Origin: a virus
Taxonomy: Duplodnaviria; Heunggongvirae; Uroviricota; Caudoviricetes
Direction: 5' to 3' (one strand)
IMG/VR virus record: IMGVR_UViG_3300017971_007904
DNA: 64,000 nt
Shown one piece after another: positions 46,274-55,503 of the stretch. Below the pieces are notes generated by a model. It searched no databases and had not been told where the DNA came from. It saw only the letters and a program-made list of their open reading frames with translations. Made by a program: the position numbers and the translations under genes. The stretch's first letter is position 1. The number at the start of each line of letters is the position of its first letter.

Positions 46274-46849
46274 ATGCCTGGCTCATTACCCTTCGTTAAA
46301 GCTGAGATGCAGAGACTGTATGAGAAATACCTAGGAAGTGATCTTGTGCAAAGACGGCGTTTAGGCGACAATAACTTAGACGATGATGAGTCGTTAGCTA
46401 AAGCTGGAGCATCTACCATGAACGAAGATACAAGACAGAAAGATATCGTCGACATACAGGAATCACTTGAGATTCAAGCGATTCCTGGTAGGACGTATCT
46501 GTGCGTTGTGGTTTTGGACTCTCCCAAAGAGGGTCAGAGGCGTATGCACAAAGTGCGGCATGTTCGGTGTTATCACGGTTCGGCTTTCACTCAAGGCTAT
46601 CCCTACGATCAGAATAGCGACTCATATCTAATCAACTGCGTAGAGGCTCTACACATAGGCCACATTTCACTTGCATTTCAAGTGGCCGTGCCTGATACGG
46701 AATGGAAAGTGACGATTCCCGTGCCGCCATCTGTTGTGGATCGCCACCTGTCCGATTCTCAGAAAGCAGAACTCAAAATGATACGAGACAGGTATAAGGA
46801 CGACCGGTTTCAACTTAAGATGGTACAAATGTCGGGGTGTGAGTGCTAA
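46274..46849 (+). CDS. hypothetical protein
   Basis: 191 aa. Confidence 0.5.
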   Translation: MPGSLPFVKAEMQRLYEKYLGSDLVQRRRLGDNNLDDDESLAKAGASTMNEDTRQKDIVDIQESLEIQAIPGRTYLCVVVLDSPKEGQRRMHKVRHVRCYHGSAFTQGYPYDQNSDSYLINCVEALHIGHISLAFQVAVPDTEWKVTIPVPPSVVDRHLSDSQKAELKMIRDRYKDDRFQLKMVQMSGCEC

Positions 46850-47415
46850 CAATGGCTGCTATCGATAAGAAAGAACGAAGGCTGCAAGCTAGAATAACGC
46901 CTGCGAAGGAAGAGTACTTCATGGGCGTTTTGTTCATGCTATCCGCCATATGCAAGGACCCACATGGCCAGGAAGCGGCCCTATTGATCGATAACAAGGA
47001 TCGGCTAATCACCTTTGGAGTCAACCATATCTCACAGCCCGCAGGTTACCAGAACAGAAAGCTCAGTTGGGACCCCGAGGATCGGTACCTTGGGATGACC
47101 GCTTCCGGCGACTCAGCAATGGATCGGGCTTTGAAATTGTATGTCCCAGCGTCGACGATGTGCGAACCGTTTACAAGCCACACGATGTATCTGACTGGAC
47201 CGCCGACTTTGCGGTTGGTTAACCGAGCGGCGGCGAATGGTCTCAAGAATTTCATATATGGGCCACTAAGGTCTCAGATGTTTGACGAAGACGATTGGAA
47301 GCAGGCGGTCGAGCTTGCCAAAGTACACGACATGACACTGAAGGAGTTTAATGGGAATTTAGGTTGGTTGCGTGATCGCACGAAAGCCCTATCTGAGACA
47401 TTCCGTTTATTCTAA
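46843..47415 (+). CDS. dCMP-deaminase-fold protein with degenerate zinc/catalytic motifs
   Basis: KEEYFMGVLFMLSAICKDPHGQEAALLIDNKDRLITFGVNH parallels the dCMP deaminase N-terminal core (EYFMxVAxLSAxRSKDPxxQVGAxIVxxxNKIVGIGYNG), but the HAE and PCxxC positions read GMTASGD / PASTMCEP. Confidence 0.45.
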   Translation: MLTMAAIDKKERRLQARITPAKEEYFMGVLFMLSAICKDPHGQEAALLIDNKDRLITFGVNHISQPAGYQNRKLSWDPEDRYLGMTASGDSAMDRALKLYVPASTMCEPFTSHTMYLTGPPTLRLVNRAAANGLKNFIYGPLRSQMFDEDDWKQAVELAKVHDMTLKEFNGNLGWLRDRTKALSETFRLF

Positions 47416-48256
47416 CGGTTTGCCGCTGGATAGGATCAATGTTCAATCACTATATACTTACATGACAAATTCCTGCTCAACAACTAGTGGTGTGAATCAG
47501 TTAGGTTGTCCCGACCCATCGTTGGGCATCTGTCCTGACTTTCGCATCAAACGACATGACACGAAACCACCCTTCGAGGTAGTAGTAAAAGATTGTAACG
47601 AGCCGATTGACTTGACCAATACAGTTGTCGAGGCTTCCATGTGGGCTACGGCAAAATTCAAGTCGGCAGTTGCGGAAACGGATACGTACTTCCGTTTGGC
47701 TGATGACATCGGATTTGAGCAATCTATGGTTGGAGATATCATCGTAATCGCAAATCAGGTACGAGCACCAGAGCAGATGCTTGTAACTGGTTTCGATGAA
47801 GAGAATAAGTTGATTCGGGTTCAAAGGGAATACAACGGAACGAAAGCTTGGCCATACAAGAAAGGCACCCCAATCAGGATATTTAGATTCATCAATTCGG
47901 TCGGTTCGACCGAGATGACGTATATGGATATCGCACAGGTGGATGGAACAACTGAAGAAGATGTTCTGGTTGAAAGCAAATTGATTTATGAGTGGACATC
48001 ACAGGACACCTGCCTTCCTGGCTGTTATTATCTGGAGTTGAAATTACTGAAAATGGTTTTACCTAACGGTTCTCCAAGTAATGTGTCTTCAATGTACCTT
48101 ACATCGCCTATAGTACCGAGTTTTGTTAGTCCCAGTGCCTCTGATCTAGGGTGCGACCTTGGATTGGGGGTTGAATGGGTTCGTCGATTTCCGGTGGACA
48201 AACCCGGTTTCCTTATCGAAATTGTCGATTCTCCGACAAATGAAAACCTTGTGTAA
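47372..48256 (+). CDS. hypothetical protein (start ambiguous: GTG 47372 or ATG 47462)
   Basis: 294-aa ORF; no clear SD at either start. Confidence 0.45.
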   Translation: MIARKPYLRHSVYSNGLPLDRINVQSLYTYMTNSCSTTSGVNQLGCPDPSLGICPDFRIKRHDTKPPFEVVVKDCNEPIDLTNTVVEASMWATAKFKSAVAETDTYFRLADDIGFEQSMVGDIIVIANQVRAPEQMLVTGFDEENKLIRVQREYNGTKAWPYKKGTPIRIFRFINSVGSTEMTYMDIAQVDGTTEEDVLVESKLIYEWTSQDTCLPGCYYLELKLLKMVLPNGSPSNVSSMYLTSPIVPSFVSPSASDLGCDLGLGVEWVRRFPVDKPGFLIEIVDSPTNENLV

Positions 48257-48270
48257 AGGGGGTTAAACTC

Positions 48271-49893
48271 ATGCCTAGTGTAGCGCAGTTCCTAATGGAG
48301 CGACTCGATCCATTAGTAGATTCAATCTTCGGTATTCCAGGCGACTACATCCTAAATTTCTACAACCAAATAGACCAGAAATTCGATGTGATCAATACCA
48401 CGGATGAGCAATGCGCCGGGTTTGCGGCGGATGCTTATGCACGAGTCCACGGCTTTGGCGTGGTATGTGTCACCTATTGTGTTGGCGGCTTTAAGTTACT
48501 CAACTCAGTAGCGTGCGCCTACGCTGAAAAGTCGCCAGTCTTGATTATCAGTGGTGCCCCTGGCGTAAAGGAGAGGCATGCTGGGTTACTACTCCATCAT
48601 GCTGCTGGGCCGTATGAGTGCCAACGACGTGTCTTCGAGCACGTCACCTGCGCAAGCGCTATCCTCGATGACCCAACATGGGCTGGTCACGAGATTGACC
48701 GTGTCATTGATGCGATACAGCACTTCAAGCAGCCCGGCTACTTGGAGATACCTAGGGACATGGTCGACAAGAACGTCAAGTACGATGTGTACGCTCAGGG
48801 TACGCCACAGTCCTTCGTGGGAGACCCGGAGAATCTCCAAGAGGCTCTCGAAAAGTCCATCGAGTGGATCAGCAACAGCGAAAAGCCGGTGATCCTCGCT
48901 GGTGTTGAACTCGCCCGTTTCGATCTGGGTTCAGAGTTGATTAAGTTCGCAGAGCGAACTAACATTCCTGTGGCCACGACAATTCTCGGCAAGTCAGTTG
49001 TCAGCGAGTACCACCCGCTCTGCCTCGGTGTGTACGGCGGAACGATGAGTCGTGATGTGGTACGGGAAATGGTCGAGACCTCCGATTGCGTTCTACAGTT
49101 GGGCGTGATGCAAACCGACATGAACTTGGGCTTCCGACCCTTCCAATGCAATCAAACCAACGTGATCATGGCGAACACGGATCGAGTTCGTATTCGTCGG
49201 AGTACCTACGAGAACGTTGCCTTCTTGGAGTTCGTTAACAGCCTTCTCAAGTCCGAAGTCGAACCGAAGGTCTCGGTGAAGGTTCCCCGAAAGCAAGTCA
49301 CTAAGTTTGTTCCGCAAAATTCGCCGATCACTGCGGAGCGGTTGTTCGAGAAGATCGATTCGATCCTCGACACCAACACAGCTATCATCGCTGATGTCGG
49401 CGACAGTTTGTTCGGCGCAACGGACCTGACCGTCCGCCACCACAACCACTTTCTGGCCCCGGCGTTCTACACCAGTATGGGCAATGCCGTGCCCGGAGCC
49501 CTCGGCGTCCAGACGGCCATCCCTGATGTTCGTCCAGTCGTCATCGTCGGCGATGGGGCGTTCCAGATGACTGGTATGGAAATATCGACCATTGTGCGGC
49601 GAGGTTTGAACCCCATTATCATTGTCCTCAACAATGACGGGTATGGGACAGAGCGATGCCTGGGCAATGATGGCCAATACAATGACCTACAGCGGTGGGA
49701 TTACCACCGGGTCACAGAAGTCGTAGGTGGTGGTAACGGTTTTCTTGTTGAAAATGAGCGAGAGTTGGATGCGGCGATGACCGAAGCTTTAGCAGATAAA
49801 AAATCGGTCTCGATCCTCAACGTCGTTATTGATAGGATGGACGTTACGCCAGCCCTGAAACGAATGACAGCCAATTTGAAAGATAGAGTATAG
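48271..49893 (+). CDS. thiamine-diphosphate-dependent 2-keto-acid decarboxylase (indolepyruvate/pyruvate decarboxylase family)
   Basis: N-terminal PYR domain GIPGDYILNF...; C-terminal TPP-binding motif GDGAFQMTGMEISTIVRRGLNPIIIVLNNDGYG; 540 aa. Confidence 0.85.
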   Translation: MPSVAQFLMERLDPLVDSIFGIPGDYILNFYNQIDQKFDVINTTDEQCAGFAADAYARVHGFGVVCVTYCVGGFKLLNSVACAYAEKSPVLIISGAPGVKERHAGLLLHHAAGPYECQRRVFEHVTCASAILDDPTWAGHEIDRVIDAIQHFKQPGYLEIPRDMVDKNVKYDVYAQGTPQSFVGDPENLQEALEKSIEWISNSEKPVILAGVELARFDLGSELIKFAERTNIPVATTILGKSVVSEYHPLCLGVYGGTMSRDVVREMVETSDCVLQLGVMQTDMNLGFRPFQCNQTNVIMANTDRVRIRRSTYENVAFLEFVNSLLKSEVEPKVSVKVPRKQVTKFVPQNSPITAERLFEKIDSILDTNTAIIADVGDSLFGATDLTVRHHNHFLAPAFYTSMGNAVPGALGVQTAIPDVRPVVIVGDGAFQMTGMEISTIVRRGLNPIIIVLNNDGYGTERCLGNDGQYNDLQRWDYHRVTEVVGGGNGFLVENERELDAAMTEALADKKSVSILNVVIDRMDVTPALKRMTANLKDRV

Positions 49894-49903
49894 GAGAACA
49901 GTT

Positions 49904-50431
49904 ATCGATAAGAAGCGTTCACACCAACCAGATCAACGACGCCCTACAAACAATAATATCAGGGCGTCCAAGGTTCGAGTAATCTTGGAAGGTCGCAATA
50001 TGGGTATTGTTTCAAGGTATGATGCCCTTACTCTCGCCAGAGAGCGAAAGCTTGACCTCGTCCAGGTCTCGGAAAGTAAGAAAGGGGAACCTCCCGTTTG
50101 CCAAATCATCGATTACGGTAAGTTCTGTTACAACCAGAAGAAACGGGCGAAGAAGAATAAGCAGAAACAAATTGACTGGAAGGAAGTGCGAATGACGCCC
50201 GGTACGGGTGAGCACGATATCCAGACTAAGATACGCCAGATTCGACAGTTTTTAGAACAGGGCAAGTATGTAAAGCTCGCTATCAAATATCGAAGGCGAC
50301 AGATTGTCCATGTTGACGAAGGTCACAAGATCATGGAGAGCGTGCTTGCTGCCATTGAGGATGTGGGGAAATCACAAAATCGACCCCGTATGGAAAACAG
50401 ACAGCTTACCATCCACATCGTTCCCAAATAG
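49904..50431 (+). CDS. infC: translation initiation factor IF-3 with a non-AUG (AUC) start codon
   Basis: Translated sequence RRPTNNNIRASKVRVILEGRNMGIVSRYDALTLARERKLDLVQVS..EPPVCQIIDYGKF aligns with E. coli IF3 ([61 protein letters not shown]); the conserved N-terminus has no in-frame AUG/GUG/UUG upstream, only ATC at 49904 preceded by AGGAGA SD with a 6-nt spacer. Confidence 0.75.
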   Translation: MDKKRSHQPDQRRPTNNNIRASKVRVILEGRNMGIVSRYDALTLARERKLDLVQVSESKKGEPPVCQIIDYGKFCYNQKKRAKKNKQKQIDWKEVRMTPGTGEHDIQTKIRQIRQFLEQGKYVKLAIKYRRRQIVHVDEGHKIMESVLAAIEDVGKSQNRPRMENRQLTIHIVPK

Positions 50432-50439
50432 GCTCACCG

Positions 50440-51879
50440 ATGCCTACTACCAACGAGAACATCGCTCTTAAATTAACGAGGTTGCTTCGTGAAGGTCGCT
50501 TCCTTGATGCTGCGCACTTCTACCGGGATCAGAGTGGGGTTAGTCGTGATGAAGCATCGGGTTTCATTGCCGACCTCATCCAAGGGATTCATGTGGATAA
50601 GCCTGATCTTTTTGGCCACCTTAAAGCTAAGAACAAAATCCCAGATGATGTCGAAGAGGCTCAGGAGATAGCCCTCTCTACACTAGGTAAACCCTCGAAG
50701 TGTCTCCCAAAATCGAAGGTGAGTATTCTGGAGAAGCTCGCTGACTATGATGCGGACCTCATTGTATTCGCTCTCGGTGATCTGGGTCGAGATTTCTTAA
50801 GATTTCGAGATAGCGTGAATGCTGGACATCCGTGTTTGAGTCGGATCAACAGTGGTACACTTGTGGAAGGGGGTAAAGTTTTTGAACGGCTCTACGAGTC
50901 GGTCGTGCTGGCGAAGTTCGCCAAAGAAAACAAACTTTGCACGATGCCGCTTGTGATACGTGATTGGCTCAATCGAAACCATGGCCGCATCCGCAAAGTC
51001 ATGCAGAAACCACCCGCCTCTATATACAAGAGTCCGGCGTCCCGTAAGGCGGCTCGTAGTATCGCCAAGCAGAAAGACATTAACTTGAGTGAGGTGCTTG
51101 AGCGAGGCCGTCGAACAAGTTGGGATGGCCTCCCAAAGTCATTTGTACCCTTTGTTCGCCAAGGCCCTGGCTTCCGAAAGGAAAAGGAGAGGATAGGCAA
51201 AATGGCTAGCGAGTTCAAGTCGCTAGGAATGATTAACCAGGAAAGTGCAATGTTGGTGTCTGTGTCTGCTATGGACGACTGTATCTCCGATCAGTATTGT
51301 GGCTTCGTCCGAATCAAAATGACCGACGCCGCTCTCATAGCTGCCAAGACTATGAGGGCCGAATGGAACAGAGTTCTGGGCACCCGCATCGCCATCCCAA
51401 CAAGTCACTTTACCGTCCCCGTATGGTTAACTAACAACACCGGCGATAAGATGGAGGACGATCCGCTCCTTACGGATGTTTACGAGCGACACATCCAAGT
51501 TGAGGCTAACTACCCCCAGACGGGAAGTTCTGTCATATCGCTCACCTACGCCCCCAGAGCGTATCCCCTGTGTCATTTTACAGCCGAGATGCCCGAGAGG
51601 GCGTCTCGGCTCATCGAAGCCGTAGAAAGCCACCCAGACGCCGCAGGGGGCCCCCTGTTCGATAATCTGTGGGTGATCGTCCCCTCGGTGCATGTCAACC
51701 CAAAAAAAGGAGATCATTACGAGTTCTTTGACGGGGCGACACACCGCAAGTACTATGAGTATTGGGAATACTGCAAGGCGCTCGATACCTACCTTGTCGA
51801 AACACAACAGGTTTTTCCGTTGCTCCTAGGCGAACAAGTTATGCTGAAGAAGTGTTACTTCTTAGGATATTGGGCATAG
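50440..51879 (+). CDS. hypothetical protein
   Basis: 479 aa immediately downstream of infC. Confidence 0.55.
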   Translation: MPTTNENIALKLTRLLREGRFLDAAHFYRDQSGVSRDEASGFIADLIQGIHVDKPDLFGHLKAKNKIPDDVEEAQEIALSTLGKPSKCLPKSKVSILEKLADYDADLIVFALGDLGRDFLRFRDSVNAGHPCLSRINSGTLVEGGKVFERLYESVVLAKFAKENKLCTMPLVIRDWLNRNHGRIRKVMQKPPASIYKSPASRKAARSIAKQKDINLSEVLERGRRTSWDGLPKSFVPFVRQGPGFRKEKERIGKMASEFKSLGMINQESAMLVSVSAMDDCISDQYCGFVRIKMTDAALIAAKTMRAEWNRVLGTRIAIPTSHFTVPVWLTNNTGDKMEDDPLLTDVYERHIQVEANYPQTGSSVISLTYAPRAYPLCHFTAEMPERASRLIEAVESHPDAAGGPLFDNLWVIVPSVHVNPKKGDHYEFFDGATHRKYYEYWEYCKALDTYLVETQQVFPLLLGEQVMLKKCYFLGYWA

Positions 51880-51890
51880 TCTTTGTTGAA

Positions 51891-51924
51891 CCACCACCCG
51901 CACGCCTAGGCGTGCGGGTGGTGG
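51891..51924. terminator. strong GC hairpin between convergent genes (putative bidirectional terminator; weak U-tract)
   Basis: CCACCACCCGCACGCC / CGTGCGGGTGGTGG stem with 4-nt loop. Confidence 0.5.
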
Positions 51925-51934
51925 TGGTGGGTAC

Positions 51935-52294
51935 TCAAACTGGTGATTGGCTCCAAGAGTTTCCTAAGGTATCAAGGTCTTGGATGATTTGGGGTAATTG
52001 CTGTTGCTGCCAAGATGATGGCATATCGACTGCCGTGCGTTGAAGTCTATCTTTCACGAGTCGCACATTTCGTGCTGACCGTTTCCCAAAGCTTTTCAGG
52101 TTATCGTTGATACTCTTGATCATATCACGCATCCTCTTAGCCTCTCCTGTAAATGAGCTTCCGCCATAACCGGTAACGCCCGTTGCGCCGCCTCCAACGA
52201 CATCTTGAAAAGCTTGCCAAGTGCGGTTCAAGATTTCTTCTTCTTCGGCGGTTGCCCTGCCCATCTCGGCTAAGAATTGCTTGAATTTCTCCAT
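51935..52294 (-). CDS. hypothetical protein
   Basis: 119 aa. Confidence 0.45.
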   Translation of the reverse strand: MEKFKQFLAEMGRATAEEEEILNRTWQAFQDVVGGGATGVTGYGGSSFTGEAKRMRDMIKSINDNLKSFGKRSARNVRLVKDRLQRTAVDMPSSWQQQQLPQIIQDLDTLGNSWSQSPV

Positions 52295-52350
52295 GACATA
52301 TCCTCTGGTGATATGTAGTTGGATTTGCTGGATTATTACTCATTCACGGT

Positions 52351-52743
52351 ATGAAGAAGATACATTACCTGATATTTGGGTGGGTGAGTTTCCTGCTACT
52401 ATATGCCGCAGCATTGGGTTGGTATGTGCGGTATTGGTCTCAGTCGCCCCAAACCCAGCTACCAACAGCGAGTGTCTTACTGTTGGAAGAAGTGTCACCC
52501 GCCTCCTACCAGAATCTTGCCCTGGATGTTTTCCTCTTTCCAGAGGTGAAGCCATTGATCGAGATGGCGATGGAAGATGATAAAGTGACTATGTTGGAAC
52601 TGCATTACATTTACAGTAGTTGGGAGTGGTGGCTAAGTTACGAATCGCCTAATCCCCTCGTCCGAAAATGGGTCGAGCGCAAGGGTGAGGCGACGAAATT
52701 GTACAAACGAGAGTTGAGAGAAGCCTTAAAGGAGGCAAGATGA
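52351..52743 (+). CDS. hypothetical membrane-anchored protein
   Basis: N-terminal TM helix; ATGA overlap with the downstream gene. Confidence 0.5.
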   Translation: MKKIHYLIFGWVSFLLLYAAALGWYVRYWSQSPQTQLPTASVLLLEEVSPASYQNLALDVFLFPEVKPLIEMAMEDDKVTMLELHYIYSSWEWWLSYESPNPLVRKWVERKGEATKLYKRELREALKEAR

Positions 52744-53633
52744 AAACCATTGGTGTTGTTGGTTGTGGGTTTGTGGGTACGGCGGTTGCCAAGGGTATGT
52801 GTCATGCATTTCAGGTATATGGTGTAGACAAGAAGGACCCTGGCTTGTTAAAGAAGTGGTGTGGCTTAGACGACCACGTAGTTTCAGCAGGGGGAAACGA
52901 TTCGTTAGAGGAACTTATCGAGAGGGTGGATGGACCCATCTTCATTTGTGTGCCGACGCCGATGAGACCTAATGGTAGTTGTGACACTACCATTGTGCAG
53001 TCGGTGATATCTGGTATCGACTCTTTAGCTCTTGTGGCGAAACGTCAGATTGTGGTAGTAATCAAATCGACGGTACCGCCCGGCACAACAGATCGTTTGA
53101 ATGGGCAGTTTCACCATGTACATGTGTGCTTCAATCCTGAGTTCTTAAGGGAGGCTACGGCGGTGGAGGACTTCAAGAACCAAGATAGAATCATTCTAGG
53201 TGGCCCTCGTTCTGGTACGAACATCTTGAAGCAAATGTACCAACATGCGTATCCCGATGTTCCCACCACGAAGACACACTCGACAATCGCAGAGATGGTC
53301 AAATATGTGACCAACTGCTTTCTCGCCACAAAAGTGAGTTTCGCTAATGAGGTTTACCAGTTGTGCGAGGCTCTGGAGATCGATTATGACAAGGTCGTAG
53401 AGTATGCAACTAAGGATAAGCGGCTTGGCATATCGCACTGGGCGGTGCCAGGACCTGATGGGCATTACGGTTTTGGTCTAACGTGCTTCCCTAAGGATTT
53501 GAATGCACTCATGTACAAGGCCGGGGAGTTGGGTGTGGAACCGACAATCATGCAAGCTGCTTGGCGTAAGAATTTGGAAGTTCGACCAGAAAAGGATTGG
53601 GAGCAGATGAAGGGCCGTGCTGTTAGCGAATAG
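52740..53633 (+). CDS. UDP-glucose/GDP-mannose dehydrogenase-family protein, short form (paralog of 31437..32234)
   Basis: MKTIGVVGCGFVGTAVA Rossmann fold; VIKSTVPPGTTDRL; FNPEFLREATAVEDF...RIILGG; 297 aa, no C-terminal UDP-binding domain. Confidence 0.7.
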   Translation: MKTIGVVGCGFVGTAVAKGMCHAFQVYGVDKKDPGLLKKWCGLDDHVVSAGGNDSLEELIERVDGPIFICVPTPMRPNGSCDTTIVQSVISGIDSLALVAKRQIVVVIKSTVPPGTTDRLNGQFHHVHVCFNPEFLREATAVEDFKNQDRIILGGPRSGTNILKQMYQHAYPDVPTTKTHSTIAEMVKYVTNCFLATKVSFANEVYQLCEALEIDYDKVVEYATKDKRLGISHWAVPGPDGHYGFGLTCFPKDLNALMYKAGELGVEPTIMQAAWRKNLEVRPEKDWEQMKGRAVSE

Positions 53634-53641
53634 GAGGTTGC

Positions 53642-54127
53642 ATGGATTTTGAATCATTTCGGATCAAGAAGGATAAATTGGCGGTCAAATCGCATGAGGA
53701 GTACATGGGAATTGCGATAACTGCGGCTAAGGCTGCCAAGTCGAAAGGATTTGCGCCTATCGGTGCGTGTTTAGCTTTCACCAGTAGCCACCTAAGTGAG
53801 CACTCTACTGGCGATGTGCTGCGAACCGCTGGTATCAACGTCATTCGGAAGGCGATGGATATGTTGCCATACAAAGTGCCTAATAGTGTTTTGTATTGTA
53901 CCGTGGAGCCTGACGCTCTTACGGCGCTGGCGGCATACAAAAGTGGTATCAATGAGATTGTATTTGGTGCATTCGACCCCAAGAATGGGTTTGTTAGTTC
54001 TACTTCAAGGAATCTAAATCCCGAACTTTGCGCCATAAAGCAACGGGGTGGCGTTCTAGCGAATGAGTGCTGTGAGCTTTTATCTGAAGATATGAGGGAA
54101 TATTGTGAGACCGACCCCCAAACCTAA
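53642..54127 (+). CDS. TadA/cytidine-deaminase-fold protein with degenerate active site (predicted catalytically inactive)
   Basis: Aligns with TadA (HEEYMGIAITAAK..PIGACLAF; LYCTVEPDALTALAAYKSGINEIVFGAFDPKNG; LANECCELLSE), but PCxxC reads PDALT and HAE reads HST. Confidence 0.55.
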   Translation: MDFESFRIKKDKLAVKSHEEYMGIAITAAKAAKSKGFAPIGACLAFTSSHLSEHSTGDVLRTAGINVIRKAMDMLPYKVPNSVLYCTVEPDALTALAAYKSGINEIVFGAFDPKNGFVSSTSRNLNPELCAIKQRGGVLANECCELLSEDMREYCETDPQT

Positions 54128-54410
54128 GCGTGTGCATTGCACCGAAAAGGACATTCTATTGGCTCTAAGGGAAGCCTTCGAGGCGGGGCTGTCCAGTCCT
54201 TATGAATTGAAGTCACAAGAGGTCAATAGGATTTACAAGAAGTTGGCCGAGTCGCCTAAACCACGACCTCCTAAGGTCAAACCGTCCATCTGTCCAAATT
54301 GTTCTTCCTCTAATCTTGAGCACATGGTAGAATCGTGTGGTTTTGTTGGGCCTATTTACACCACAAAATGCAAGGACTGTTGGTATCGGTCATTTGGATC
54401 GGGGGTTTGA
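54105..54410 (+). CDS. hypothetical protein with C-terminal Cys pairs
   Basis: GTG start with GAGGGA SD; CPNC...CKDC. Confidence 0.4.
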   Translation: MRPTPKPKRVHCTEKDILLALREAFEAGLSSPYELKSQEVNRIYKKLAESPKPRPPKVKPSICPNCSSSNLEHMVESCGFVGPIYTTKCKDCWYRSFGSGV

Positions 54411-54412
54411 AC

Positions 54413-55501
54413 ATGGCACAAGACTACTACGAAACTCTTGGTCTCAAAAAAAACGCCTCGCCCGACGAGATTAGCGATGCTTACCGTGAGATGGCAAAGC
54501 TATATCACCCGGATCGCAACCCTGGTGACGAAGAGTCGGTGAAACGGTTCAAAGCTTGCGCTGAAGCTTTCGAGGTCCTGAGCGATCCCGTGAGGCGACG
54601 GGAGTTCGATCAGTATGGTAAGGTCGGGGGTGGACCGTCCATTCATATTAACCCATTCGATGTTTTCAACAACATCTTTGGCGATCCATTTGGCGACCGT
54701 CCCCGAAAAGGCGCAGATATTCATAGAGAGGTTCGGCTCTCACTTAAAGAGGCGTTCACCGGTTGCAAGCGAACGATTACCTCATGTGCTCACGTCAACT
54801 GCGAGCCGTGCGCCGGTACCGGGGTTTCAAAATGGGATTCTTGTCCGACATGTGGAGGTGAAGGTCAGGTTGTTACCCAAAGAGGGCCGATTTCTATCGC
54901 CGTTACCTGCACCCGTTGCCAGGGTAGAGGAGAGCTTCCTGTTGTCAAGTGTGAAGAATGCGGCGGCGAAGGTCGCATAGCTTGTAATGAGAAGGAACAC
55001 GAAATCAATCTTCCCCCTGGAATTGATACCGGCGTCAGTGTGAAGTTGCCAGGAAAGGGAGAGGTTTCTCAGAGCGGTTATGCAGGTGACCTGTATTGCA
55101 CCGTGTATGTAGACCCTGATGACCTCTTTGAGCGAGATGGTCCCGATCTATTCTGTGCGGTACCCATAACCTACGCCCAGGCTATTCTCGGCCACAAGAT
55201 GAAATTGCCATTGCTTTCGGGAAATCAATGTACTGTTAAGATTCCGCCCGGCACCCGATCTGGACAACTCCTGCGCATTGCCGGGATGGGAATGCCAACG
55301 ACGGTCGACCGGATGCGCAAGAAAAAGCCCTTTGGAGACTTGATAGTTCGTGTCGACATACAAATCCCCACCGAGCCTAGCAAAAAATATCTGGATTTGG
55401 TTAAGAAATTGGCTGATTTAGACGATAACGAATCATATGGGAGGATTCTGTCGTTTGAATCCTGTGTTGACAAATGCCGAGCTTTAGAAAAAGGAGCCTA
55501 A
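54413..55501 (+). CDS. dnaJ: DnaJ (Hsp40) co-chaperone
   Basis: J domain with HPD motif (DYYETLGL...LYHPDRNPGD); four CxxCxGxG zinc-finger repeats; C-terminal substrate-binding domains; start at ATG 54413 with GGGGGT SD. Confidence 0.88.
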   Translation: MAQDYYETLGLKKNASPDEISDAYREMAKLYHPDRNPGDEESVKRFKACAEAFEVLSDPVRRREFDQYGKVGGGPSIHINPFDVFNNIFGDPFGDRPRKGADIHREVRLSLKEAFTGCKRTITSCAHVNCEPCAGTGVSKWDSCPTCGGEGQVVTQRGPISIAVTCTRCQGRGELPVVKCEECGGEGRIACNEKEHEINLPPGIDTGVSVKLPGKGEVSQSGYAGDLYCTVYVDPDDLFERDGPDLFCAVPITYAQAILGHKMKLPLLSGNQCTVKIPPGTRSGQLLRIAGMGMPTTVDRMRKKKPFGDLIVRVDIQIPTEPSKKYLDLVKKLADLDDNESYGRILSFESCVDKCRALEKGA

Positions 55502-55503
55502 CT

